DNA of 64,000 nt from Malacoraja senta (lineage: Eukaryota), in NCBI GenBank assembly GCA_038087875.1, contig CM075997.1:3660001-3724000 (forward strand), given 5' to 3'. The position numbers were made by a program, and so were the translations under genes. The notes beneath the pieces are model-generated. The model saw only the letters and a list, made by a program, of their open reading frames with translations, was not told the DNA's origin and did no database searches. Positions 1 to 12,316 of the stretch are shown here, one piece after another (positions within the stretch are counted from its first letter, which is position 1; each line of letters starts with the position of its first letter).

Positions 1-235
1 AACCGCACAGGGAGCCAGTGGAAAGAGGCCAGGATCGGGGTGATGTGGTCCCTTTTTCGGGTGCCCGTCAGGAGTCTCGCTGCGGCGTTTTGGACCAGTT
101 GCAGGCGGGACAGGGAAGATTGGCTGATGCCAGTGTAAAGGGAGTTGCAGTCATCTAGGCGGGAGGAGATGAATGTGTGGATGATCTTTTCGAGGTCATC
201 AAACTGGAGGAATTATTTTATTTTAGCTATCGTCC
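1..235 (-). mobile_element. L2-clade LINE ORF2 fragment
   Basis: Minus strand reads ..CNSLYTGISQSSLSRLQLVQNAAARLLTGTRKRDHITPILASFHWLPVR, the same family as 54850-55486. Confidence 0.8.
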
Positions 236-721
236 TTACTTTCTCCTCCCCTTCTTAGCTCTCCCTCAGCCTACTGGCTCCACCTCTTCCTTTCTTCATC
301 CCGTCCTGTCCTGTTGGTTGGAATTGTTTATTTAGTGGGGAATATTTCTCTTAGGATGTGGCCAAAGTTGCTGCAATGATGCACTGCCCAAAGATATATC
401 CATGTCAATGGATATTGTTAATGCAGAGATTGCCAGATTCTTGATAAGTACGGGTGTCAGGGGTTATGGGGTGAAGTCAGGAGAATGGGGTTGAGAGGGA
501 AAGATAGATCAGCCATGATTGAATGGCGTAGTAGTCTTGATGGGCCGAATGGCTTCACTCAGCTCTTATGAAGGGAATGATCCCTTCGAAATGCTGAAAT
601 GGAAGGGGTGGTGGAATCTCATTGAAGTTGATGGAAATTGGAAAAGAATGTGGGAACTGAGCACCGGAGAAACTCGACCTTTGCTCTGAGCAGGATAAGA
701 CAGGAAGAGAGCAGAGCTACA

Positions 722-945
722 GTTTCCGTTTAGTTTATTGTGACGTGTACCAAGGTACAGTGACAAGCTTTTGCTGCGCGCTATGCCATCAGCGGAAAGA
801 CAATACATGATTACAACCGAGCCATTTACAGTGTAGAGATACATGATAAGGGAATAACGTTTAGTGTAAGGTAAAGCCAGCAAAGTCCTAGCAAGGAGAG
901 CCCGAGGATCACCAATGAGGTAGATGGTAGTTGAGGACTGAGGCA
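722..945 (-). mobile_element. LINE 3' end fragment (Rex1-like tail); related copy at ~29728-29875
   Basis: Shared sequence between the two loci, ending in aataaactaaac on the minus strand. Confidence 0.55.
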
Positions 946-2097
946 CCTATGTCGACAGGTTCATCATAAGAGCAGATATAATGGAGATGGAAGATAAAGA
1001 AAATGAAAATAAGTACAGGAGGTAAGATGAATAATAGTTGAAACTGGGAGCAAGTCGGCTTGTAATAGATGAATGATGACTTTTAAAAAATATATATTGA
1101 CAAATGTGGTTGGAATTGTTTATTTAGCGCTTGCTTTTTATTTTTACAGTGGATAATGTGCTTGATATGTAATAGGGAAAGTGTGTGGGAGTTGTTGATG
1201 GATGAGGCACCAGGTTTGCAATGGCTCACATGTGCATGGCACATCAACACATCTGGGCTGAAGGCAAGTCCTTGCCGTCCACCTCTGCCTGCTCTGCATA
1301 CTCGGGTTCTGTTGATGCTTGCTCTATACAGTAATTGATAGCACGAACAGGCCCAGCATGCTGACGAGGTTCTACAACATGCTGCGGGTTATCACTTGCT
1401 CCCCACTCATTGTAAGCCTCCTCCATAAAGGGGAAAGGGAAATGAGAGATATAGATGGTGAGCCACCGTCGGTATCTCTCGTTCCCCTGCCCCTTACTCT
1501 AGTCTGAAGAAGGGTCACGACTCGCAACGTCACGACTCCGCACATAGCTATATTTAAGAGGGAGCTAGATGTGGCCCTTGTGGCTAAAGGGATCAGAGGG
1601 TATGGAGAGAAGGCAGGTACGGGATACTGAGTTGGATGATCAGCCATGATCATATTGAATGGCGGTGCAGGCTCGAAGGGCCGAATGGCCTACTCCTGCA
1701 CCTAATTTCTATGTTTCTATGTTTCTATGTCACCCATTCCTTCTCTCCAGAGATGTTGCCTGACCCGCTGAGTTACTCCAGCATTTTGTGTCTACAGTTT
1801 AAACCAGCTTCTGCAGTTCCTTGCTGCACATCCTCCATAAAGGCCCAGGCTGTGGAGCAGTTATTTCAGTGCATGGACTGCTTTATCATATTTTACATCA
1901 GAGCATGGCTCTCATTTGCATGGGTCCTGGGAAAGATTAAGAGTCCTCAGCCATTTCATTAATAGAGTAGTTTTGTTGTATTGTGGCCATTGTGTGCGTG
2001 CTGTTTTGGCTGCCAAATGCAGCTTAGAAACATAGAAACATGGAAAATAGGTGCAGGAGCTTGTATAGTGGAGTGTCACAAAACAGGAGCATGATGT

Positions 2098-2390
2098 TAT
2101 GTTTAGAGATACTGCGTGGAAACAGGCTCTTCGGCCCACCGATTCTGAGCCGATCAGCGATCTCCGCACATTAACACTATCCTATACACACTAGGGACAA
2201 TTTACATTTACTGTATCCTAAGCCAATTAACCTACACACCTGTACGTCTTTGGAGTGTGGGAGGAATCCGAAGATCTTGGAAAAACCCATGCGGTTACGG
2301 GGAGGACGTACTAACTCCGTACAGGCAGCACCCGTGGTCGAACCCGCGTCTCCGGCGCTGTAAGGCAGCAACTCTACTGCTGTGCCACAC
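2098..2390 (-). mobile_element. tRNA-derived SINE (HE1-like)
   Basis: Pol III A/B-box-like head (GGTTCGA), conserved body, CR1-like 3' end with (ctaaa)n tail, many copies in the window. Confidence 0.8.
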
Positions 2391-4544
2391 TATGTGGCAT
2401 TATCCAGCAAGTGGCACTGGTTATGGTTACTTGATATGTGAGGAACACAAAACCGCAAGAAAAATGGACCTGCACCACCATTGCAGCTGATCATGGCTGA
2501 TCTAGTCCAGGCCTCAACTCTTCATGCATCAGTCCCCTCAATTCCCTGATCATCAAAATGTATTTGCCATCATTTTACATACCTCCAATGTCCGAGCCTC
2601 CACCACGTTCATAGAAACATAGAAATATAGAAAATAGGTGCAGGAGTAGGCCATTCGGCCCTTCGAGCCTGCACTGCCATTTGATATGATCATGGCTGAT
2701 CATCCAACTCAGTATCCCATCCCATCCCTCTCCATACCCCCTGATCCCTTTATCCACAAGGGGCCACATCTAACTCCCTCTTAAATATAGCCAATGAACT
2801 GGCCTCAACTACCTTCTGTGGCAGAGAGTTCCACAGATTCACACCACTCTCTGGTGTTCAGAAGCCAAAGGTACACCCTTCCTCTGTGAGAATAAATTCC
2901 TCTGCAGCCAAGCTTTGAATGAGTGACTTGAAACTTGTATGTCCTTTCATTTGAGATATTCCCATGAAGGGAAACACCTTAGTATCACACAATACAGATG
3001 CCATCCAAGCTAGTCCCATTTGCACACACCTGGCCCATTTTCCTTTAAATCTTTCCTATCCATTTACCTGTCCAAATGTCTTTTAAATGTTCTTGTACCT
3101 GCCTCAACTGCGTCATTGGGCAGCTCTTTCCATTTACCTACCACTGTGTAAAATAAGTTGCTCCTCAGGTTCCTATTAAATATTTACCCTCTCACTTTAA
3201 ACCTATGCCAACACTAACCCTATCCTGTGAAAGAGACTCTGTGCATTCACCCTATTATTCCCCTCATGGCTTTATACACCTTTAAGGACAATGGACATTT
3301 ATTGTTACATACACCAATTGGTGCAGTGAGATTTGAGTTGCCATTGCAGCACACCAATAAAATAAACACAACATTGTAGAATTTAACATTAAACATAAAA
3401 ACATCCCCCCACAGCGGAATCAACGTTTCCCACTGTGAGGGAAGGCAGCAAAGTTCAGTCCACTTCCTGTATGTTCACCCATGGTCGGGGCCTATTGAGG
3501 CCTCTGCAGTCGCTGCTAACGGCGGCCCGATGTTTCAGGCCCTCTCGTCGGGATGATGGAATTCTGACGTCGGAAGAACGCTCTCAGCGACTTGGAGTTC
3601 CGAAACAGCCGCTTGTTACCAGATCAACCCTCATTATCCTGCTCTGCAGGGAATAGAATCCACGCTTGGCCAACCTCACCCTCTAGCTCAGGCCTTTGAG
3701 TCCTGGCAACATCCCCATAAATCTACTCTGCACTCTTTCCAGCTTAATGGCATCGCTCATGTAGAAGGGTGACTAAAAACTGAACACAATACTCCAAGTG
3801 CAGACTCACCAATGTCTTTGTACAATTAGTGTGACTTCACCAACGACTTAGATCCCCATAAACAGGAGGGGTGGGGGTGCTGAGACATTGAGGCACGCCA
3901 ATTGTACAATATGTGAAATTTGATAAAGTAATAAGATCACCCCTTGTTCTTGTTAAGTCCATGTAATTCATGTCTAATGTTTTTACACATTTAGTTATCT
4001 CAGGAATTAATAACTTGCATCTGTGCTGCTTCCAATGCTTCAATAAGAGGTGTACATAGTATTCCAGGTGTGGCCCTCTACTACAACAACGGTTCCTGTT
4101 TTTAAAACTCCAACGCCCTTGTAATAAAGTCTAATATGCTATTTACTTTCTTAATTACTTACTGCACCTGCAGCTGATGTTTTTATGTGCAAGAGGACCA
4201 AGAGCCCTCTGTACTTCCACTCATTTACAGTCAACTCCATTTGATTCCTTCTGATGAAATACAAGCCCTCACATTTTCCAGCATTATACTCTGGCTAATT
4301 TTTTTCCTCCTTCCTCAACCTATGTATACCCTTTTACTGAATCCATTTTTCAGTCTGAAGAAGAGCCTCGACCCGAAACGTCACCTATTCCTTTTATCCA
4401 GGGATGCTGTCTGACCCTCTGAGTTACTCCAGCTTTTGTGTCGATCCATATGTTGCTTTAACGCCCTCTCACCTATTTTCATCCGATCAGTAACCGTGGA
4501 TAACTTATACTGTCCCCTTCTCCAAGTCATTAATATTGATTTGG

Positions 4545-5236
4545 GGGGTGGGGGTAATGGTTTAATCTCTTCCCTGTACGGGGACCCGACTTTTTCCCTG
4601 TCGGGTCTCCGGTGTCGTTGGGCCTAACATCATTGAGCCGGTGGCGGCCTCCAACCAGGACCAACCTGATGGCTCCAGTCGCGGAGCCTGCGGACTCACC
4701 ATCGTGGAGCTGGCCGACTTCGGAGCGGGAGGAGCTGTGGTGGCGCGCGGCTGCGACCCGACTTCGGAGCTTCGGAGGCTCCGGCCGCAGGCCCGGTGGA
4801 CAGGAACATCGGAGCTCCAGGTCCCTGGTGGGAGACCGCTTTTCGGAGCTCCCGCAACGGCAACTTCCTCCCGCTGGAATCGCGGGGTTTAAAGGACTTG
4901 GAGCGGGGGCCTAACATCGCCCGGCGCGGCTTAAACGGCCACGGGACTTACCATCGCCCGCCGGGGGCTTTAACATCGTGAGCCCCAGTCGCCTCGACGC
5001 TGCAGTTGGACTGCTGGACCACGGGAGAAGAACAAAGGGAAGAGATAAGACTTTTGCCTTCCATCACAGCGAGTAGGTGTTGGAGATTCACTGTGATGGA
5101 TGTCTGTGTAAATTGTGTTAAGTGTGTGTCTTGGTTTTTTTTGTAATGTCATGACTGCAGGAATGAAATTTCGTTCAAACCTTGTCTGTTTGAATGACAA
5201 TAAAAGGCATTCTATTCTATTCTATTCTATTCTATT
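4545..5236 (+). mobile_element. CpG-rich non-autonomous retroelement with (ATTCT)n tail
   Basis: Near-identical to 49830-50427, no coherent ORF, AATAAA plus microsatellite tail. Confidence 0.7.
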
Positions 5237-5239
5237 TAT

Positions 5240-5660
5240 TCCAGCCCATTCCTGGTGTTCCATTCCTTACTCAACAGATTACAGCAACTGCAGCCTCTTG
5301 TGTCTCCATGTATTAGAGCCGCTGTTTCTTCCTCCATCCTCACTTCCCCCAACCTGACTCCATCTGCCCCATTTTTTTGCTCTCCTGATATGTCTCCACC
5401 TATCCTCCATCTATCAGAACGCCAGCATTTGGTTTCATCAGCCCATTATCTCCCTCCTCTCTTTGTCCCCCCCATCTCCTGCCATCCCTTGCTTCACCTC
5501 TCCCCCTCACCCTTTATGCTGGCTATCTCCCCCCTCCCCTCTCAGTCCTAATGCAAGATCTTGATGCGAAACGTCGACTGTTCCTTTGCCTCCACAGATG
5601 CTGCCTGACCCACTGAATTCCTCCAGCTGATTATTTTTTGCCTCATCTTCTCCAACTCTG
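5240..5660 (+). mobile_element. Old Penelope-like element terminal region with decayed hammerhead motif
   Basis: Pyrimidine-rich tract, then CAGTC-CTAATGC...GAAACGTC-GACTG, then the gatgctgcctgaccc repeat body. Confidence 0.55.
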
Positions 5661-5754
5661 CCTTCTATGTTATAATCAGTCGCGATCAAGAGTTCTTGTA
5701 CACTGACCTTTGTGAGACACCTTAATGATTGTCTCTCAGGAATCAAAATACATG

Positions 5755-6041
5755 ACAGTGGAGCAGCGGTAGAGTTGCTACCTTACAGTGCCAGAGATCC
5801 AGGTTCGATCCTGTACGGAATTTGTACATTCTCCCTGTGACTGCATTGGTTTTCCCTGGATACTCCGATCTCCTCCCATACCCCAAAGACGTACAGGTTT
5901 GTATGTTAATTGGCTTTGGTAAAAATTGTAAATTGTCCCTAGTGTGTGTAGGAGAGTGCTAGTGTATGGAGATCACTGGTCTGCGCAGACTTGGTGGGCC
6001 GAAGGGACTGTTTCCACGCTGTATCTCTAAACTAAACTAAA
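5755..6041 (+). mobile_element. tRNA-derived SINE (HE1-like)
   Basis: gcagcggtagagttgct..ggttcgatcc head and gtatctctaaactaaactaaac tail. Confidence 0.8.
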
Positions 6042-6386
6042 CATCATATTTACAGGTTCCCCTCGATCACACTGAAGTCTGGCCTTTCTCCCTAGGAATA
6101 GACTGGGTGACAACCAAGAATAGTTTGGTGACTACTGGAGGGACAGTTGACGGCAAGGAAAGACGGCACCCGGGGCGGGCTGGGTTAGCACCCCAGTCTG
6201 TGTCTTTCATGAGAAAGTCACCCAATAAAGCTAAGGAAAGGCCTAATGAACCACCGTGGCCTAAAAATCCGTCAAGCGAGAATGAAATGCTCGGAGAAGG
6301 AGAAAGTGGTGCAGTGCACGCACAGGCCTTGAACCTGGTGAGACGCAGGAGGAGCCCGGCCAGGACTCACCCCACAGAGCCCAGTC

Positions 6387-6739
6387 CAGGGGTGGGGAAC
6401 CTTTTCATGATGGAAGGCCGCATTAAGTTAGCTATAATCTAATAAGGCCGCATCCAAGAAACATCAATTAGATATACTTCAAAATGTACATTATTTTGTT
6501 AAAATAGCCCTCATGACTTACTAATGTTTTAATTGTGGCCGTCAGTCGGGGAGGGTTATTTCGTTGAATCTTCTTTTGTTCTTTGGTATTTTAATTAGTT
6601 TATTTTAAGATAAAAATAAAAATAATAAAAGATGAACAAAAACACATTAATAATAATAAAAAGATTTGTTCTACAAAATTTGGATTCATTCAAAAGGCCG
6701 CAGTTAATGGCTTAGAAGGCCGCAGGTTCCCCACCCCTG
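6387..6739. mobile_element. Non-autonomous hAT (Charlie-like) MITE
   Basis: 16-bp TIR CAGGGGTGGGGAACCT...AGGTTCCCCACCCCTG and perfect 8-bp TSD GCCCAGTC (6379-6386, 6740-6747). Confidence 0.9.
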
Positions 6740-7299
6740 GCCCAGTCCCTCCACACACTAGAGTCTCCCAACCCCTGCAGAGTGGTTACTAAGATGGCTG
6801 ATCCGTGGGGATTGCTGCTGGGACGCGTCGGGGCCTGACCAACCCCGGCTGGGTGGCTTGGGCGAGGGTGGCATCACTGAGGATGCGTCCCAGCATTATA
6901 GATGTATCGTTTTCACAGAATTCTAACAACATTGTCAAACTTGACTTCCCACACACAAAATCTAAATTGTTTTCTAAATGATTAGCTGTTTCTTCCAATT
7001 TAGACTCCAACATCTTGCCAACAATAGACGTTAAGCTACCAGGGCAACGGTTTCCTGGTTTTTCCCTCCCTCCCTGAATGACCCCATTCTCACTGTTTGC
7101 TGATCCACTACCAGTTCTCTTCCAGGACTCAGTGAGTTTAGATGCGATACGATAGAATATTTACACAAGAGGGAAATTGGTCAAAATTGGCTATTTGAGA
7201 AACTTCAACTAATGGCTATTACTCTCACTACAACCATTTCCTTTAACACTCCGGCAAAGGACAGAGGTAATCTTTGAGGCCACAAAGCGATATGCTTAC

Positions 7300-7700
7300 A
7301 TTGAATGGTAACCTGTGCCATAAGGGTGAGTACAATCCCAGCAACGCTGAGTATTCCCTCTGCCTGATAACCTCGCACTAAAGACTAAAATGCAGCTACT
7401 ATTCTGACAGACACTGCCTGCGATCTCCCCTGTACAACAGTGGGCAACAAACAGGCAGAGATTACAATTATCTCCAGCTGCAGTCTGGAAGAAGCCAGAT
7501 GCATAAAAGTTCATTACGACAAGCAATCTTAGCAGCTACTTGCAAAGCAGTCAATTGTAGCTGCAGCAGATGGTATATTTCAATTAGGATTTCCTTATTG
7601 GACAGCAGTCCTGCACATTGTTCCTCTCTGAATTGATCCCTGTACATCCTGGATGGATGTGGCCTCCTGTAGAGAACTTTTCTCTCCTTCGCCTCTCTTT
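7300..7700 (-). pseudogene. Degenerate PIF/Harbinger (HARBI1-like) transposase fragment
   Basis: Minus strand reads RRPHPSRMYRDQF..EEQC..KEILIEIYHLLQ..TALQVAAKI, then after a frameshift MNFYASGFFQTAAGD..HCC..DCTH, resembling the Harbinger N-terminal region and first catalytic Asp motif. Confidence 0.6.
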
Positions 7701-9198
7701 TAAACTCCTGGTCCGCCTAGTGTGCTCTCTGCTCAATGCCCCCACTGATGCTGCATGGCAAGGGAGTTGCCTGATATCGCGCTTGTGAACAATTGGATTG
7801 CACAGAGCGCTTGATTTAGCAAACATTTCTTCAGCACCTGTGACACCACTCCTTGTAAACTGCGGCAGGGAGTGGCATGGTAGGAAAAAAACGCTAACCA
7901 CTTGTAAAATTCTAACAATAAGCTAGCAAAAAAAAAAGCCAGCAACAACTTGTAACTGGTTGGTGATCCCTCAGTGTTGATCCTTCCTGCCACTCAATAC
8001 TTGTCCAACTAAATCATTAAATTCCAGATTACAGCATTGGTCTCACTTTGACACTGTGCACTAAATGATGTCTTTACTCCGCATAATTCTGGCGCCTTTC
8101 TCTCTGCATGTGTCAAAACATGAATGTACCGTCTAATGTAATTTGTGCCCACGTCTACCTCCAGCATCATTTGGGAACTTTTAAGGCCACATGTATTGGA
8201 AACAAAACAGGTTTTAAATGTAAGATCGACGCAAAAAGTTGGAGTAATTCAGAGGGGCAGGCAGCATCTCTGGAGAGAAGGAATGGGGGGTGACGTTTCG
8301 GAGCGAGACCCTTCTGCAGACTTCTTCTTCAACTGTGGATACAAGCAACTGCAGATGCTGGTTTAAAGAATGGACACAGAGTGCTGGAGTCACTCAGCGG
8401 GTCGGGCAGCATCTCTGGAGAAATGTTTTAATGTTTCTGTAATGTCTCTGTTGCACAAATGCAACTGAGGGTCTTAACCTGAAACATCGCCTATTTCTAT
8501 TCTCCAGACATGCTGAGTTACTCAAATGTTTTGTGTCTATCTTTGAGTTACAAGGGTTTTGGTTAGGCTAGATTGTCAGCTATTAGGCCCATTGACATGG
8601 ACGTTCCTGTCAGAAGATTCCGTTGGCCTCTTTGTCTACGGAATGTAATCTGGAATGCAAGTCATCGAATAGTTCAGAAACCAAAGCAGGGAATATTGGT
8701 TTGGGGTTTAAGAAGGAACTGCAGATGCTGGAAAATCGAAGGTAGACAAAAATGCTGGAGAAACTCAGCGGTTTAGGGGGTTATCTTAATAGGTTAGTAG
8801 AGATAATATTTCAGGTCAAATACTTTTCTGTGGATCTAGGACAGTGAGAGAAAAATAGAGCTTAAAGTTGCAGAAAATGTGTGGGGAAGAATGGATAGGG
8901 TGAAGGAAATATCTGCGATGGGTTGGAGCTAGATATGTTTCATATTCCCAGCATTTAAATTTGTTTAAGCAGATACTTCAAGCTGAAGTAGGGTCTCAAC
9001 CCAAAATGTCATCCATTCCTTCTCTCCAGAGACGCTGCCTGTCCCGCTGAGTTACTCCAGTATTTTGTGTCTATCATCAGGCTGATGTCTCCACTTAAGC
9101 ATTCATGGTGCTGGAGTGATTATCACTGCAGTTTCTATGCTGGCCAAGATGAGTTACAGTTGCATTATTCTGATGAAAACACATCAACCTGGAATACT

Positions 9199-9381
9199 AG
9201 ACAAAACTGCTGGAGAAACTTGGCGGGTGAGGCAGCATCTATGGAGCGAAGGAATAGGTGACGTTTCGGGTCGAGACCCGAAACGTCACCTATTCCTTCG
9301 CTCCATAGATGCTGCCTCACCCGCTGAGTTTCTCCAGCATTTTTGTCCAACCGATTTTCCAGCATCTGCAGTTCTTTCTTA
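9199..9381. mobile_element. Palindromic (head-to-head) insertion of the hammerhead-bearing Penelope-type repeat
   Basis: ~75-bp inverted arms centred on gggtcgagaccc, with a 13-bp direct repeat AACCTGGAATACT on both sides. Confidence 0.75.
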
Positions 9382-9602
9382 AACCTGGAATACTGGGTCT
9401 GTTTCTCACTTCACAAATGCTGCTTTACCTGCTGAGTGTTTCCAGTAATTTTTTTTCCGGCTTTGTTTTTATTTCGCACTGCGTAGTTGTTAGATTCATG
9501 TGTGAGACCTTGTGTCTGCTAATGTAAGTGGCTGAGCCGGAAGTAAATATGCGAACATCACTGGAGTTAATTTGAATGGTTCAATGGATCAAAGGTGCTT
9601 TA

Positions 9603-9788
9603 AGGGCCTGTCTCACTCGGGCGTCATTTGCGCGTCACGCAGATGGCGCGCGAAGATTTTGGTACATCCCAAAATCCTGGGGCGCCGGGCGTGACCCTGC
9701 CTACGTCACCACGGATCCACGTGCATCGTGACGCGTAAATTATGTCGCGTAAATGACGCGCAAATGAGGCCCAAGTGGGACAGGCCCT
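9603..9788. mobile_element. PIF/Harbinger-type MITE, subfamily a
   Basis: TIR AGGGCCTGTC(T/C)CACT...AGTGGGACAGGCCCT and TTA/TTA target duplication. Confidence 0.8.
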
Positions 9789-10050
9789 TTATGTGTCACC
9801 TATGCAACCGCACAGTGAAATTCCCTTCTGCATATATCACACATGCGGGCCATTATTGGTGCCATTATTCAAAGTCCAACATCCGGTCGGCCCGCGTGTT
9901 CGATGTACTGGAGCAGTTCCCGCGAACCCCATGTCCCTCTCCTCGCCCGGCCCATCTTTGTGTCCCTGCAGCCAACCTTGAAGGCGCTGGAGGCATTACC
10001 CCTGGTTCACCCTCCCACCGGCCCTTGCTCCTCGCGCCCAACGTCTCCAG

Positions 10051-10454
10051 CAAAGATCCTACAGCGAGCAAGATAGCCCGCTCGACGAAAAAGACGTAGT
10101 ACGGTCATGGGCAGATTCATGGGTCATTTTCGGCCCCATTTCCGTAACCGGCTTCCGTCTCCGCACCAAAGATCCCATAGCGGAGCAAAGATACTAGTGC
10201 GGAGACGGAAGCCGGTTACGGAAACATCCTCGTAAAAATAAAAGTTCTTTGGTAAAAATCTTGTCCGCATTTTCAGAATTATAATTTATTAACACAAACT
10301 GTTCCCCCGCAACGTTGATTACACTGCGAGTCGGGTCGGGTCGGGTCATGGAAATGGATGAAAAAAAGGGCCACGTTCCACTCCGTTGCGTACTACACGT
10401 CAGCCCATTGCATTTAGCAGGAGTGGTCTATCTTGCTCCGCTATAGGATCTTTG
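10051..10454. mobile_element. Non-autonomous hAT-type MITE
   Basis: TIR CAAAGATCCTA(C/T)AGCG(G)AGCAAGATAG and perfect 8-bp TSD GTCTCCAG (10043-10050, 10455-10462). Confidence 0.88.
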
Positions 10455-10789
10455 GTCTCCAGCTCCCTCCCGGTTACGCCGACCGACGAGCCCTCGGGCA
10501 GGTTCAGATTTATCGATTTATTTCTTTTTCTTTTGCAGTATCTAACAATTATGATTGCTTTTAATTATGATGGCTTTTGGTGCCTACTTAGTAGACTCAT
10601 GATGTCGACCTTCAACTGCTGTGGTCATGTAGATGAGACCAAAGTAAGATGATGACACCTTGGAAAATTAAAGTACTTGTGTTTCTGAAGGACGGCTAGA
10701 AGATTGGGAATGATGTTAATGTTGGTAGTTTTGTTTTCTGCATGGAATTACCTGATTTCTGATTACCTGATTTTCTGCATGGAATTACC

Positions 10790-11425
10790 TTTCATAACAA
10801 GAGGATTTCAGTATCGGAGTAAAGAGGTTCTTCTGCAGTTGTATAGAGCTCTGGTAAGACCACATCTGGAGTATTGTGTACAGTTTTGGTCTCCTAATTT
10901 GAGGAAGGACATACTCGTGATTGAGGCAGTGCAGCGTAGGTTCACGAGATTGATCCCTGGGATGGCGGGACTGTCATATGAGGAAAGATTGAAAAAGACT
11001 AGGCTTGTATTCACTGTAGTTTAGAAGGATGAGGGGGATCTTATAGAAACATATAAAATTATAAAAGGACTGGACAAGCTAGATGCAGGAAAAATGTTCC
11101 CAATGTTGGGCGAGTCCAGAACCAGGGGCCACAGTCTTAGAATAAAGGGGAGACCATTTAAGACTGAGGTGAGAAAAAACATTTTCACCCAGAGAGTTGT
11201 GAATTTGTGGAATTCCCTGCCACAGAGGGCAGTGGAGGCCAAGTCACTGGATGGATTTAAGAGAGAGTTAGATAGAGCTCTTGGGGCTAGTGGAGTCAAG
11301 GGATATGGGGAGAAGGCAGGCACGGGTTATTGATTGGGGACGATCAGCCATGATCACAATGAATGGCGGTGGCTGGCTCGAAGGGCCGAATAGCTTCCTC
11401 CCACACCTATTTTCTATGTTTCTAT
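10790..11425 (+). mobile_element. CR1 (HER1-like) LINE 3' fragment
   Basis: [19 protein letters not shown]...SRTRGHSLRI...RVVNLWNSLP and (ctatgttt)n tail. Confidence 0.9.
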
Positions 11426-11990
11426 GATTTACAGTGAAGGCTGAGGTGTAAAGTAGCGTAAGTTGTTCTTCTCCACTTGTATCCTGGAAGCTCTGCTCAA
11501 ATGGTGTGATAGAGACATTGATTGGGCGCTGTAGTTTGAGTATTGTCTTGCACCATTATAAAGTCATACAGCGTGGAAACAGGCCTTCGGCCCAAGTTGC
11601 CCATACCGACCAACATGTCCCAGAAGATAGACGCGAAACTTCACACATTCCTTCTCTACATAGATACTGCCTGTCCCACTGAAATACCCCAGCATTTTGT
11701 ATCTATCTCCATGTCCATCTACACTAGTCACACCTGCTGCATTTGGCCCATATCCCCCCTAAACCTGTCCTATCCATGTACCTGTCTAAATTGTTTCTTA
11801 AACATTGCGATAGTACCTGCAATCTGCCTAGTACTTCTACCATTGTCTGGTCTGATACCTTATGTCTGGTGACTGGAAGTATTTGTCTCCTGTATAGTTA
11901 TATCCTTCATAATTCAACACACATGAGGATAAGAGGAGTCAATAAGCATTATTAGATTCAATACTCTTTGGTATTTTGATAGTTCGCTTA

Positions 11991-12259
11991 AGGACCTGTC
12001 CCACTTACGTGACCTTTACAGGCGACTGCCGGCACCCGTGGTAGGTCCCCGAAATTTTCAACATGTTGAAAATTCAGTGGCGACCAGTAAGATGCTACGA
12101 CCCTTTGGAGACCTGTCACGACCATAGGAGACCTCTCACGACCGTGGTCGTGAGAGGTCTCCTATGGTCGTGAGAGATCTCCAAAGAGTCGTAGCGTCTT
12201 TCTGGTCGCCGGGGTGGGCGGCAGTCGCCTGTAAAGGTCGCGTAAGTGGGACAGGCCCT
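11991..12259. mobile_element. PIF/Harbinger-type MITE, subfamily b
   Basis: Same TIR tips, extensive internal palindrome, TTA/TTG flanks. Confidence 0.75.
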
Positions 12260-12316
12260 TTGGCAGTTCCCTTTGCCTTTGAGCCAGATAACCTTCAAAA
12301 CATATGCTTAGTCTTC

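Noticed and set aside
1244..1426. Minus-strand ORF MEEAYNEWG...AQMC as a terminal exon
   Set aside because: No recognisable domain and no convincing acceptor or partner exons; a translated search is needed to exclude it fully.
6107..6442. 111-aa ORF in non-repeat-looking DNA
   Set aside because: No recognisable homology, and it runs into a hAT MITE.
7299..7860. Apparent minus-strand exon with good acceptor and donor
   Set aside because: No continuous frame; better explained as a decayed Harbinger transposase.
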